A stretch of DNA of 63,973 nucleotides, filler included, from Octopus bimaculoides (GCF_001194135.2; 5 parts of 5 records of this genome joined end to end with filler, not necessarily neighbours in it), one strand, 5' to 3'; numbered from the whole stretch's first letter, positions 23,317 to 37,562 are shown. The notes: generated by a model from the sequence alone, not told the origin. A program made the numbers and translations.

Positions 23317-23439
23317 ATATTGAGCCTCCTTAAAGCCAACGCCTTATAGTCGTTTACAAATTATGTTACCTTAAAAGAAGATACAAGGTCATTCTAGTAT
23401 AAAATATTGGTTTAAAATTTTAGTTTAACGCCAGTGATG

Positions 23440-23600
23440 ATAAGTCAATTACTTTGACCTGAGTGCACAAATGGGGCTTATTTAATCGACTCCGAAAAGT
23501 TGAAAATAAAGTCGACCCCAGCAGCGTTTGAACTCAGAACATAAAGTAGGAAAAGATGCCGTTAATCGTTTTTGTCCGGCGTGCTAACGATTCTGCCGGA
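23440..23600 (-). mobile_element. tRNA-derived SINE, degenerate
   Basis: tttgaactcagaac...ccggcgtgctaacgattctgcc is shared with other copies. Confidence 0.7.
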
Positions 23601-24724
23601 TCAGCTTCTTACTCTAATGTTTTGAAATAATGGTGTAGTCTTCATTTAAGTGACTGGTACTCATGACTTATTCCAATTAAACTATTTCTAATAAAACGCT
23701 GAACAATTTCATATTAAAACAAATAAAACTATTCAGATCTCGTTACTCAAATAATCCAATCAAACTATTTGGGGAGTATTGTATATCTGCATTGTACATA
23801 TTAAATCAAGCACTAAACTTTATTTCTCATATCAACAGCTACAAAACGTTGAAGCCGGTCAATGAGGGCTCATCAATCTGGTCAGTTGACTTGCAATGAG
23901 CAGTAACCAAGTCTATTTCAAATCATATATTTTTAAAAAGAAAGGATACACTTGACTGTGAAGTCCAATAATTTATTCGTGACTGTACCGCGAGGAAGAT
24001 GACACCCATTATTTTTGAAGAATTTTTCAAATTGGTTGAAGGAAGTGAGAAACGATGTGGTTTTATTAGGAAACAGATTATCAAGTCAGAATGGCCAGTA
24101 TTGATGTTGAACAGGGCGATAGATTAACATTTGCCAGACAGGACGCATCATGGATAATGAATATCAAGGCACATCAAGGATAAAAAGACAGCAGGGTCAT
24201 AGTTGGAACTTCACTCCATCTCCTTGCTCATTTGGGGATTACCTTTAGCTAAACACCGACAAGGAATCTGATATGATGCAATGATCAGAAAGATGTTGAA
24301 ATAAATATTAATATATGATACACGATTATTATCTGAGCTGCGTATATTTACGAGAAAATGTTATTCCTTTGTCGGTTTGTGCCCAAGTTGGGGTATCAAT
24401 ATTCATCGATTTAAACTATAATTGATCGCTCTCCCGAGGTAAAGTTCATCAACATGCAACGAACGTAACTTATATTGCATCGAGTTTTGCATCTTCTCAC
24501 CGATACACACACAAACACACGCGCGCGCACACGTACACACTCACACACACACAAACACACATATATATATATAGACAGACAGATAGATAGTTAGAGAGAG
24601 AGAGAGAAAGAGAGAGTGTGTGTGAGAGAGTGAGAGAGAGATATAGATGCATATATGCATGTTGCAAAATATATTTTCATATAAAGTATTTATGAGTTTA
24701 TTTGTGTTATATTCATGTGTATAT

Positions 24725-24774
<50 letters not shown>

Positions 24775-25249
24775 GTATATAAATATATATACAATGTATA
24801 AGTAAGAATCCAAGTTAGGCAAATCAGGTTCACATATACATTTATATTTATTCAACCCTAGACCCAGCAGGTATGAGTTTCTCCGAAAGTATATTCAATA
24901 TATCAAACATCAACACTGTATAGATATATTTAAAATATATAGAGTAACCAATTCATTAAAAAATATGCATATAAAAGTATATACCTCTATAGATATATAC
25001 ATTAAAATTATATTGAAAGAATAAATACATATATAAGTCGACTTACAGACTATAAGACGAAGTCATAAAAGGAGTTAAGAGTTTTTAAAAATGTATGGGT
25101 ATTGCTAATCCTGTTCATAATCATACGGCGTTTCTGTGGGGTTCGGTTGTCCTGTCATATAAAAGATATTTAGAAAAAAAAGCAATACTTGTGAGGCTTC
25201 TTTAGAAACTTATTTTCCTTGATGAAGGAACTGGTGTCCTATAATGGAT

Positions 25250-25960
25250 GTAAATAAACAGACGCTTCAATATAAATAAAAACAAATATAGTGAATTACT
25301 CCACAGCAGTTGTTTTCGATATGGCTTTTCAGTAACTCGAAATTTATTTAGATACATATCATCTCTAAATTCTGCTAAACTAGATAAATTTTACCCTAAA
25401 TGTACCTATCTACCCCATAATAATTCTAATGCTCCATTCTTACTTAACAATCAAGGAGAGATCATAAGCCCAAACCCACATGAAATTCCCAGTGACAATA
25501 GTAGTGATTTTTGCGATTGTAGAATTAAAGAACAATGTATATTTAATAATCACTGCAAAAGAGAAAATGTAATATACCAAGCCATAGCTGAAACTGGCGG
25601 TAAACAATTCTTTTATATAGTTGTTAAAGCTTTATTAAAGCCAGAGTGGTGAACCATGAATTTTTTTTCCATAATTCTAATGAACACTCTTCCACTAGTC
25701 CTAATAAATTTATCTGGGGATTAAAAGGTAAGAATATTAGTTTTAAAATTAGATGGAAAGTTTTATCCCTAGCCCGACCCTTTTATATCCCAGATAAATA
25801 TTGTGACCTCTGTACATCCGAACACTATCTAATTCTTTTTCCTACTAAAAAGTTATTAAATGTGAGGGTCGAAAAGTTCTCCCTATGCTTACACCCTCAT
25901 AGATATCTATTCAATAAATTCTTTCTAAAATTACTAACATCACATATAAATTCTATTTTT
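25250..25960 (+). mobile_element. Penelope-like element fragment (GIY-YIG endonuclease)
   Basis: CDCRIKEQC...C...NVIYQA...FYI, STS..KFIWGLK...IRWKVL..A.PF...CDLC.SE: the layout of a PLE endonuclease. Confidence 0.75.
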
Positions 25961-26037
25961 TACTTATTTCGGTCTAACATCCACTATTAATTATTTACAA
26001 AATATGCTACCTTATTAATTTAATATTATACTTATTG

Positions 26038-26470
26038 GATCCAGAAGTTATATCTATAATCCTTGTATTTATATAAAACACGGTGCATATATTATATAGT
26101 TCCTCTGTACTTTAATATCCTCATAAATATTTATTCTATATACACCACTAACCATTCTAAATTCACTAATTTTACCTTTTTTTTTCTTTATATGAGATGT
26201 ATTCGATCCAGAATTTATATCTATAAACATTGTATTTATATAAAACCCGGTGCAGATATCAAATACTCTATTAGTACTTTAATATACTCATAAATATTTA
26301 TTCTATATATATACCACCATCCATTCCAAATTCACTAATTTCACTTGTTTAGTTTTAGACCTTACATCCACCGTTAATAAATTACTTAATATTAAACCCA
26401 ATTTATTAGATTCATGATCGATCCAGAATTTATACGTAGAAATTTTGTATTTATATATTAAACAAGGGGC
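26038..26470. repeat. Three diverged AT-rich tandem units (spacing 167 and 215 bp) downstream of the PLE
   Basis: gatccagaa.ttata...ttgtatttatat at 26038, 26205 and 26420. Confidence 0.7.
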
Positions 26471-26613
26471 ACACCGACAATAACACATAAAAATGAATAT
26501 AGAAAATTAATCACCGTATTCTTCATCTTATTTTTCCTTCTCGCTTTGGTTAATTTCGAATATAAACACCATACCCGTTACACATATCAAATTCTTAAAT
26601 ATCATTCTTTATA

Positions 26614-27716
26614 TTCGGTTGGCAACTAAGTCCCCGCCGTCTTTTTTAAATTTGAATTTTTTAAAAGGTTTAATAAAAAATTAAAAAACTAATTAATCAA
26701 TAATATATTCACCCTCGTTGTTTACAAATTCTTCCCAACGTTCAACAAGATTTTCAATATCTCGTTGGTAGAAATCACCCGATTTCGACTCGAAAAATTG
26801 ATCCAGCAAAGCTCTCAATTCTGCATCAGTATTGAACGAAACTCCACGCATAGCATTTGAAAGAGATCGAAAGAGGAGGAAATCCGTTGCTGCCAAATCA
26901 GGAGAGTAAGGTGGGTGTGGCAGCACTTCCCAGCCATGCCTTTGAATGGCTTCCTTGGTCATATTGGCGATATGAGGGCGGACGTTGTCGTGCAGCAAAA
27001 GAACTCTATGCTGACAATTAGGTCTTTTCTCTAGAATAGCCGTGTTGAGTCGTTCCATTTGTTGAACATAGATGTTATGCGTTGACCGTTTCGTTCCGTT
27101 CAAGCAATTCGTAATGGATAATCCCTTCCCAGTCCCACCATACGCACAACATCGTTTTACGCGGATGAAGATCTTGTTTCATGCGCGGTGTCACCTGTTT
27201 ACCGGGGCTAAGCCATCCCTTACGCTGCTTCATATTGATGTACAGGCACCACTTTTCGTCGCCAGTAACGATTCGGTGAAGAAATCGTTGCTTGTGTCCA
27301 CGACTTGAGTGGTGATGAGCAAGCAAACCAGCGGAGATTGTGGCTCGTTAATTTTTGTTGTTGTCACTTAAAGCATGCTCGAGACTTCTGAACCTTTCCC
27401 ATCGAGTGAAGATGCTTCTCTATAGCAGTGTGAGAGCATTCCATTTTCTCTGCCAGTTCTCTTGTCGTTTGACGAGAATTTTCATGCAAAAGTTGGCTTA
27501 ATCGCTCTTCATCGAACTCAACTGTACGGCCAGAACCAGCTGCATCTTTGAGGTCAAAATTTCCATTTTTGAACTCGGCATTCCAATCACCAGTGGTTCT
27601 TTCAGCTATGGCACCCTCTCCATACACAGCACAAATGTCGCGAGCAGCTTTTGCGGCCTTAAAATCTTGATTAAAAGCAAAAAGGAGGTGTCGAAAATGC
27701 ACGTTTTTCTTAACTT
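26614..27716 (-). mobile_element. Mariner (D,D34D) transposon, inactive; 5' end lost in the gap
   Basis: HTH region AARDICAVYGEGAI, then RIVTGDEKW, LLHDN and HPPYSPDLA.TDF. TIR ttcggttggcaactaag follows TA at 26612. Frameshifts and stops present. Confidence 0.92.
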
Positions 27717-28982
27717 NNNNNNNNNNNNNNNNNNNNNNNNNNNNNNNNNNNNNNNNNNNNNNNNNNNNNNNNNNNNNNNNNNNNNNNNNNNNNNNNNNNN
27801 NNNNNNNNNNNNNNNNNNNNNNNNNNNNNNNNNNNNNNNNNNNNNNNNNNNNNNNNNNNNNNNNNNNNNNNNNNNNNNNNNNNNNNNNNNNNNNNNNNNN
27901 NNNNNNNNNNNNNNNNNNNNNNNNNNNNNNNNNNNNNNNNNNNNNNNNNNNNNNNNNNNNNNNNNNNNNNNNNNNNNNNNNNNNNNNNNNNNNNNNNNNN
28001 NNNNNNNNNNNNNNNNNNNNNNNNNNNNNNNNNNNNNNNNNNNNNNNNNNNNNNNNNNNNNNNNNNNNNNNNNNNNNNNNNNNNNNNNNNNNNNNNNNNN
28101 NNNNNNNNNNNNNNNNNNNNNNNNNNNNNNNNNNNNNNNNNNNNNNNNNNNNNNNNNNNNNNNNNNNNNNNNNNNNNNNNNNNNNNNNNNNNNNNNNNNN
28201 NNNNNNNNNNNNNNNNNNNNNNNNNNNNNNNNNNNNNNNNNNNNNNNNNNNNNNNNNNNNNNNNNNNNNNNNNNNNNNNNNNNNNNNNNNNNNNNNNNNN
28301 NNNNNNNNNNNNNNNNNNNNNNNNNNNNNNNNNNNNNNNNNNNNNNNNNNNNNNNNNNNNNNNNNNNNNNNNNNNNNNNNNNNNNNNNNNNNNNNNNNNN
28401 NNNNNNNNNNNNNNNNNNNNNNNNNNNNNNNNNNNNNNNNNNNNNNNNNNNNNNNNNNNNNTGGCTAATTCTTTCTTTTTATTTTTGCAGTTCAAAACTA
28501 TGGGAAGAGCATTTTCGGTAAAATATAAAAAAAAATTGTTAATATTTTTAGAGGGAAAAGTGAGTGATTTAAGGGCGATTTGGCTTTGTTTCTAGCACAT
28601 CCAAAGACATCCCTCCTCATTTCTTTGTCACTCTCGCATGTGTTGATGTTTTTCAATATTTACCCCCATAAATACATTTATATGCTTTAAAAACGAAAAT
28701 CTGAGAAATTATGAATTTTTGGCAAACCCACTCCCTGCACCCGATTGTTTCTGTTTAGAAATTAATATACTGGAGAGCCTGAGAAGGTCATTACTGGCAT
28801 TTATCCACAGTAATTCTAAAAAAAAATTACGATGTACTTGCATAGCAGATGACTTGATCTGAGATCGTGTGCTGAAACAAAAACAATTGCAGCATAGAAG
28901 ATGTTTGTAAGCCATTGAAGATCATACAAAAACCATTAGTTTCACTTCAACATTAAAATTTGATATGTGTCAAAATATTTAC

Positions 28983-29078
28983 GTTGCTTTGAAATCGCGA
29001 CCTGTTTACTGACAAAACTTCACAAAAGTGATGCAACACGAAGTTTTGTCAGTGAACAGGTCGCGGTTTCAAAGCGAC
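28983..29078. repeat. 39-bp inverted repeat with an 18-nt loop
   Basis: Arms 28983-29021 and 29040-29078, 3 mismatches. Confidence 0.9.
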
Positions 29079-29526
29079 GGTGGGAGTAAAAATTTAGATT
29101 ACGATTTATTTTGTTGTTTTTCTTCCACCAATGAACCATGAAATGTGTTTAGTGGGAAAAAAATATTGAAACAACATCAATACATGGGAGAGTGAAAAGG
29201 GAGGGTGGTTTGGGTTGTGCTAGAAACAACAGCAAAACCTCCCTTGAATTGTTCGCCTTTTCCTCTGAAAATATTTACAATTTGTTTTGTTTTGTGTTTT
29301 TTACCGAAAAGGCTTCTCCCATGGTTTTTAAGCTAAAAAGGAAAATGGCCAAAATTGGTTCGGATCGTTATTATTGTAAGGCTTATAGAGTTCTAAATAG
29401 CCAGAACAACAAAATCACTTCTAATTNNNNNNNNNNNNNNNNNNNNNNNNNNNNNNNNNNNNNNNNNNNNTTAATTAATTAANNNNNNNNNNNNNNNNNN
29501 NNNNNNNNNNNNNNNNNNNNNNNNNN

Positions 29527-29561
<35 letters not shown>

Positions 29562-29896
29562 ATATGACGATTAAAAAGTGCACTTTGTGCACTAATTATG
29601 AAATCATATGATATGCGGCTGAATCTGTTTTTAAGGAGCTCACTTGAAGAGTTGCATTCCCTCGCGTTCGGTACACTGTATTTTTTGCGGTAGTTTTGAC
29701 TTTAAGAGTCCCTGATAGCGTGAGGTATTTATGTGTATCAATGCCCTTAATATAAAAAATGTATTTAAAGGGAATAATTATAATTTTTCCGTTTTTGAGG
29801 TTTATCACGCTTACTACTTGATAAATTCTTATAAAGATTTTATCCTATTTTAAAATTTTGCAGACAGACAGACACACACATATTTTGTCTTTATGT

Positions 29897-29935
<39 letters not shown>

Positions 29936-29959
29936 TGTGTGTGTATGTTTGTGTGTCTG

Positions 29960-30155
29960 TGTTTGTCCCTAATATCGCCTGACAACCGATGCTGGTGCGT
30001 TTGCGTTCCCGTAACATAACGGTTCGGTAAAAAAGACCGATAGAATAAATATTAGGCTTACAAAGAATAAGTCCTGGGGTCGTTTTGCTCGACTAAAGGC
30101 AGTATTCCAGCATAGCTAGAGTCAAATGACTGATGCAAATAAAAAGATAAAAGAA
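29960..30155 (+). mobile_element. SINE 3' portion
   Basis: gacaaccgatgctggtg...aagaataagtcctggggtcg...cagcat...aaataaaaag is homologous to 44580-44765. Confidence 0.7.
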
Positions 30156-31308
30156 TGTGCTCTTATGAGATGATTTTTATGCTGGTGAATGAGATGTAAT
30201 TGGTTTTGAGTTTGTATCGGGAGAATAATTCTTAATGGCTTCTGGAACTGTTTTACCTATTAACACTAACGAGATTTCCTTTATGTTAGACTTGATGTTA
30301 AGAGACATGTCGATAAACGATATGTGAACATGTTTTAATTTTGCCAAAAGCTTTCAATGGATGTAAACAGGTTAAATTTGCTTCAAATATACCCCCACCA
30401 AAACAGAAAAAAATTGTACCACGCCAACTATACGAAGACAATCACCATCATCACTACGACTAAAGCGACGACGAGGATGGCGACCCCGACCACTGCCACA
30501 GCGACGACGACGACGACGACGACGACGATCAGCACCACTCCAACAACATGGCCACCAATACCACGACGACGACGACGACCACCACCACCACCACCACCAC
30601 AGTTATATGAAGGCTCCCTATTCTTATGTCTTCTCTCCAGTCTAATATAGAAAAAGCGATATCTTAAACCCAACTTTTACGCATTATATAATAACTTTAA
30701 TGTATGGAAGAAAATATACGATAGATTTATAATTTTTTCTGATTTTTTTTGAAATTAACTCAAAGATTACTCAGAATGAAGTCAAGCAAATGTGTTCTGT
30801 GATTGATAATAATTTCTGAAGCTACGCTGACATGAATTAGCTTCATTTTGCGGCATTTAGGAAATTTTGAGAAGTTTATATCGCATGAAGATAATGTTGT
30901 TTTCCCATTGCATAATTGATATTGACATAGACCAAACCATACCTTGGGTTGTTTTAATATTTAAAACTATATACGTTTTAGGTTTAGTGAAAATACGGTT
31001 TTAGAATGCATATTGAAAAGCATCCCAAGTTTTTGAAATATGGAATCGTCCAACGACTTTCGATGCTGCTGCAACCAGCTTAACAGAAGATATATCTAAT
31101 AACGTTTCATATTATAGAATTTCAAATTATCAAGTTTCAAAAGCATATTGATATACATTTAATTTATTTCACACAAGTTCTGCATTTTTTTTCAAATATT
31201 TATTACTAATACTCTTGATCTTAATCCTTCTTAAATATATTAGATCTTTTTTGGCATGTGTGGGCACATATATACACTCCTACAGACAATCTTGAACAAA
31301 ACCATGCC

Positions 31309-31413
<105 letters not shown>

Positions 31414-31420
31414 TTGTCTG

Positions 31421-31464
<44 letters not shown>

Positions 31465-31492
31465 GATATGTATGTGTATGTATTCCTGTACG

Positions 31493-31526
<34 letters not shown>

Positions 31527-34500
31527 CACATATGCACACACATTTAAAATGCCATATTTTAAATGAATCTAATCTGGGATTTAGCATTTCACAAATGAAT
31601 TTCACATCTAATATCTAACGTATAACTTATCTAATCACTCTTCAGAGCAATATATTAACGGTATCATCCTGTTTATTAAAATGTAGTATCAATCTTTCCA
31701 TGGTTCGAGAAATTCAATTAAATGCCGATAAATATAATAGCAGTCTTTTCTTCCTTAAGCTTCAGAAGGCCATCAACATCTCTTTGGACGATATCAGAGA
31801 TACGTAAGGGAAACCTGCTGTCACACACGTTGTTTGTCATACACATACATACAAATAAACATACACATGTACGCTCATAGGCATAGACGTATGTGTGCGT
31901 GCGCGCACACATATATATAGACAAGTATATATGTATTCAAATATACATACATGTCTGCACAAATAATCTTGCTTCTAACAAATATGCTTGCTTCACCTTT
32001 TAACTCACCATTTATGGCTCTATTGTGAATGTCTATTCTGAAGCTTCAGTCATGAGCCAAAAGTCTGTTTCTCCTTGATGCTCGAAGATTCTACACTAAA
32101 ATATTTGAAGCGAAGCTATGACATTATAGCAATTTCTAATTTAGGCACAAGGCTAGCAGCTTGAGAAGAAGGGGCTAGTCAATTACATCGACCTCAGTAT
32201 ATGACAAGTACTGGATTTTACCAATATCAGAGAGATAAAAGGCTAAGTTGACTACTGTTGATTCTGATTTCAAGACGTAATGAACAGCCACATATAATCA
32301 TAAGATGTTTTGTCCGACTTCCCACTCATCCTGCCATTCAACCGCCCAAAGCTTTGTCATTAATATAGCAATAGTTGAGAAATAAACCATTCTTTTTCTC
32401 TTTATTTTTTCTTGTTCTTCTTTATCTTGTTGTTGTTGTTGTCTCCGAGGGCTGAAGTCAGACCATCGGGCTTTGTCTTCATATGCCGTTCCAGTTCAGT
32501 GATCTCTTAGCAGATATGTACTGTAAATGGCAGCAGAACAGAGCAAGTCGGAAAGCGAAATGGTCGATGTTAACTAAAGAAGTACAAAGTGGTGAAAGGA
32601 GTATAGATTAACCAGGAGAAGCCGGTGGACCTGCAGCTCAGCCCCTACTGTAGCAGTTGTTCCATGCTGCTTGAGAGCAATATGGGGTGCTGAACGGAAG
32701 GATTTATTAAATAGCTCAGTGCTTGGTTGGCCCGGACCGCCATGTGAACAAGAACTGGAGGTATGCAGCTAAATGTGTGGCCAGCCTCACTCACCTAGGA
32801 ATGAACCGAGAGGAAGCTGTTTGTGAAAGACCAGGCGGAGGTGGTGAACGTGTGCTGACCCCGTGAACAATTACTGCCTACCGTTGTCCCTTGTAACGGA
32901 CGGATTCCACTTGTTGTACACACCATTTGTTGTCAGCAACCTGCTTTATGTTAGAAATCATATTTATAGTGATATTAAGTTAAGTATTTGTGGTGTTCTC
33001 AGGTTAAGTTATTAAGTTAATACTGACCGAAACCTATCAGAGTTATTTAAGAAACATTTTGGTAAAGATTTGTCATAAGTATAAAAATAATGTTCCTGAA
33101 TAAAATCCATTTCTTAAAAATTAAAAGTATGCCTATCAGTGTATACTTTGATCAATGTATATTACTTAGATATTTTAGTCAAATATTTTGACTTTTATGG
33201 ATCACTAAGCAACATGAAAAACTGGCATCTGTGCCTTATCAGTTTGCTACAAATACTAATATTAAAAATATATTTAGCTTTACAATGGAAAGTCTGATTC
33301 ATATTTAGAGTTGGAAGTTAAAACTGAGGGAGAATAGGTAAATAGAATGTAATTTATTTGTGAAACATTTAAAAGTTTCTTTTAGAAATTGGTATAGAAT
33401 GAATATTTGATACTGGAAAAATATTTTTCATATTACATGGCAGCTGTATTATCAATGGAAATTAGTGTTACTCACCAAATTCCTGCAAATTTCATAAGTT
33501 CTTTTACTAAAATTGAAAATGTCTAACACGTTGCTACAACTGAATTTTCTGAATGTAATATTGTATCAGATGTTCAATATAATAATAGAGTAATTCTTTG
33601 TTAATTTACACATTTATATCACATCTGCAGCACTCAGGAATTTCCCAAATATTCCACTTATGATTCACAACCATAACAATTTTTTATATTCATTTCTTTA
33701 TCAACTCGAGTAATTTCATATTTCAGCTATTTTTACTTTAAAAATATCGTATCCTTTGCTCAACTAAATATTCCAAATATTTCCAAATATAATTAAAGAA
33801 ATCTCAAACCTTGAAATCGAATTGACAAAATATTAAATTCCACTTTTCTGTTCGGTATATTGATGATGTCGGTGTTAATTTTGGAAGTATTGAGTGAGAG
33901 AAAAAGGAAATGTGGAGGAGGTAATTATTGGTATTGTTGAGATTTTTTAAGATAATGTTTATGAAGAGGAAGAATAGAATGTTTTGAGTATCATCGATGA
34001 AAAAGTAAATGGTACTATTTACGTTAGGCTATAGTGTTAGCTCTCACAACGATCGATAGATTCAAATTATATTATGAATTGCAGAAATATATTTGATAAA
34101 AATTAAGNNNNNNNNNNATATATATATATATAAATGCGTTACATGGTGTATTTTTAATTTAACAAAAATAATTGTTCAGAAAAGAAAGCTTGGCATGAGC
34201 AAGTGTCAACGTTAGAATTTTTTTATTTTACTGTTTAATTTGCTTCTTTTACACACTTCAAAACATTTTCAAATTTAAAATTTGTACTTCGGAAAGCCTC
34301 TTCATCCTTCATGAGAGCTAATCTAACAATGACACAAAACAACGGAAAGGCTATATTTAATATATTAAATGTAAAATGAAATTGACTAAATAAGAAGGCT
34401 ATAGTTTCAATTACGCTTTCCATTTATTATATAAATATTAATTCCAAAACAGTAACAGTTGATCTTCATTCAAGATTATACATAGTACATGTCTGGTGAG

Positions 34501-34785
34501 GTCAAGACAATCGGTTATGGGATTGAAATCAGTTTACTATGCGCAAATATGATCAAGTTGATTGACATATCAGCCAAGCGGTGATCATTTTCTTAAATTC
34601 TTACAGTCACTATGCTATATTTTTGTAAGGGCATTTAACATTACAAAACCACGTTGAGTTATGTCTACGCATGTAAGCAAGTAGCAGAGTGATATATTTC
34701 ATCGATTAAAATTCTGTCCAAAAGAAAATTTATCTCCAAATTATCTCACAATTTGGAAGCAGACGACCAAACCTGATTCACTCAC

Positions 34786-34816
<31 letters not shown>

Positions 34817-35231
34817 TGTATGTATGTATGTGTGTATGCATGTATGCATGTATATACGGAAAAGAAAACATTGGGTAGCGTCTCACACGTATTCAGCATA
34901 GAATGTTATTCTAATCTACCCAACAAGAATGAATAAATTTTTCAATTTTTCGGACCTAATGAATATGTAGGGTAAATTAACCGGAACAATGACCAAATTT
35001 GATGTACATGTCATTACACCTTTATCCAGCCGATGTGGAAAGTATGTATAGCAGTCATAAGTTACGAACATAGACTGATGAATGAAGTAAGAGTGGTTAT
35101 AGACAACCAGAAATTCCGCTCATAGCGAGGTAGCAAAATACATCCAGAGTGATTACCTAAGGAAGAAGAAAACTTATACATCATACGAAACAGTATATGA
35201 GCTAAGTGGACACCAAGTAATAGCGCACATG

Positions 35232-35293
<62 letters not shown>

Positions 35294-36151
35294 NNNNNNN
35301 NNNNNNNNNNNNNNNNNNNNNNNNNNNNNNNNNNNNNNNNNNNNNNNNNNNNNNNNNNNNNNNNNNNNNNNNNNNNNNNNNNNNNNNNNNNNNNNNNNNN
35401 NNNNNNNNNNNNNNNNNNNNNNNNNNNNNNNNNNNNNNNNNNNNNNNNNNNNNNNNNNNNNNNNNNNNNNNNNNNNNNNNNNNNNNNNNNNNNNNNNNNN
35501 NNNNNNNNNNNNNNNNNNNNNNNNNNNNNNNNNNNNNNNNNNNNNNNNNNNNNNNNNNNNNNNNNNNNNNNNNNNNNNNNNNNNNNNNNNNNNNNNNNNN
35601 NNNNNNNNNNNNNNNNNNNNNNNNNNNNNNNNNNNNNNNNNNNNNNNNNNNNNNNNNNNNNNNNNNNNNNNNNNNNNNNNNNNNNNNNNNNNNNNNNNNN
35701 NNNNNNNNNNNNNNNNNNNNNNNNNNNNNNNNNNNNNNNNNNNNNNNNNNNNNNNNNNNNNNNNNNNNNNNNNNNNNNNNNNNNNNNNNNNNNNNNNNNN
35801 NNNNNNNNNNNNNNNNNNNNNNNNNNNNNNNNNNNNNNNNNNNNNNNNNNNNNNNNNNNNNNNNNNNNNNNNNNNNNNNNNNNNNNNNNNNNNNNNNNNN
35901 NNNNNNNNNNNNNNNNNNNNNNNNNNNNNNNNNNNNNNNNNNNNNNNNNNNNNNNNNNNNNNNNNNNNNNNNNNNNNNNNNNNNNNNNNNNNNNNNNNNN
36001 NNNNNNNNNNNNNNNNNNNNNNNNNNNNNNNNNNNNNNNNNNNNNNNNNNNNNNNNNNNNNNNNNNNNNNNNNNNNNNNNNNNNNNNNNNNNNNNNNNNN
36101 NNNNNNNNNNNNNNNNNNNNNNNNNNNNNNNNNNNNNNNNNNNNNNNNNNN

Positions 36152-36194
<43 letters not shown>

Positions 36195-37379
36195 CATGCA
36201 TATAGATATCTGTTTCTATTTGTCAGACTGTCTCTCTGTCTCCCTCTGTATTTCTATATATGTATATACATCTATATGTATACATGCACACACACGTACG
36301 CAGGCATACGCTCACACATACACCCACACACACATACACACACCCACACACACAAACACACACACACACACAAACATACACACACACAAACATACACACA
36401 TACATATACACATACACATATGAACTCACACGCACATAGACGAATACTTTCGTATATACTCACATATATATTCTGCACATTTGACAGTGTATTAAGAAAC
36501 AAGCAGGTATTTTTGTGAGTGTGTCTCTAAGTATGTTTGCGTGTTTGGTTCGGATTGTGCAGGTAGGCGTGAAGAAGAAAGAAGAAAGAAGGAAGATCAA
36601 ATGAGTTTTGATTTAAACCTAGGGAAATCAATTGATTCAGCTGTCTATTATAATAGATGTGATGCTTTAGAGAATCAATTGATATGTGTTGCCGTATTAA
36701 TAGCTTATATATTCAAATTTCAAACGATTGAAGCATCATTTATTGAGGAAGTGAAGATATTGATAACATTAAAACTAGCACATCACGTCATCAGAAAAAT
36801 ATCAACATATCTGAAATATGTTTACTTCACACACTACTGATGTAAGAAAAATATATTTATTTGCTGGTGCAAAAATAACCTTCAATATAGCCCTTTCTCT
36901 GTCTCTACCTTTGTATCTCCCATCGCACTCTCGCCCTGTATATACATAGATACATAATACATATATACATAAGTACATACGTGCGCACATGCATACACAC
37001 ATACATAAGTACATACATACATACACGCACAAACAGAAAAACACATATATACACATATATGTATACATATATATGCATTTACAATGTGTATAAATATATA
37101 TAGATATATATTTCTATACATATGTAGCTATATATGTATGTTTATACACACTGTTTTCTGTTTCCGTTTTTTCCTCTCTATCCATTCTGTGGAAGAACGT
37201 AGGCTCGAAACGTCAAAAAATTTCCCATTCTTCCCGAGCGTTAAATTAATAGACTTGCTTGCTGTTCCTTCATCTGTCCCCGTTTTTTGTTTCCCCCGTT
37301 TTTTGTGTATATCAAATACACACACAGACACACATAACGCATATCACGTATATATATATCACGTATGGTCGACCATACT

Positions 37380-37562
37380 TATATATGTTCCATCTGATCG
37401 GAAGGTGAATCTCTCCCTCGCAAAGCTCCCTATTCATAACTGAGATGAGTAGCGTAACATGAAATGAAGTGTCTTGCTCAAGAATACAATGCGCAGCTGG
37501 TCTAGGTATCCTGACAAGGACTCATGATTATGAATGCAATATTCTAAGTCCTAAGCAACGTG
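37380..37562 (-). mobile_element. tRNA-derived SINE, degenerate
   Basis: Shares the gtgtcttgctcaag body motif with 232-390. Confidence 0.5.

Noticed and set aside
29471-29482. TTAATTAATTAA embedded in N runs (also 53074-53085, 56758-56769, 61457-61468)
   Set aside because: An identical palindromic 12-mer with stops in all six frames, always inside gaps: an assembly spacer, not biology.
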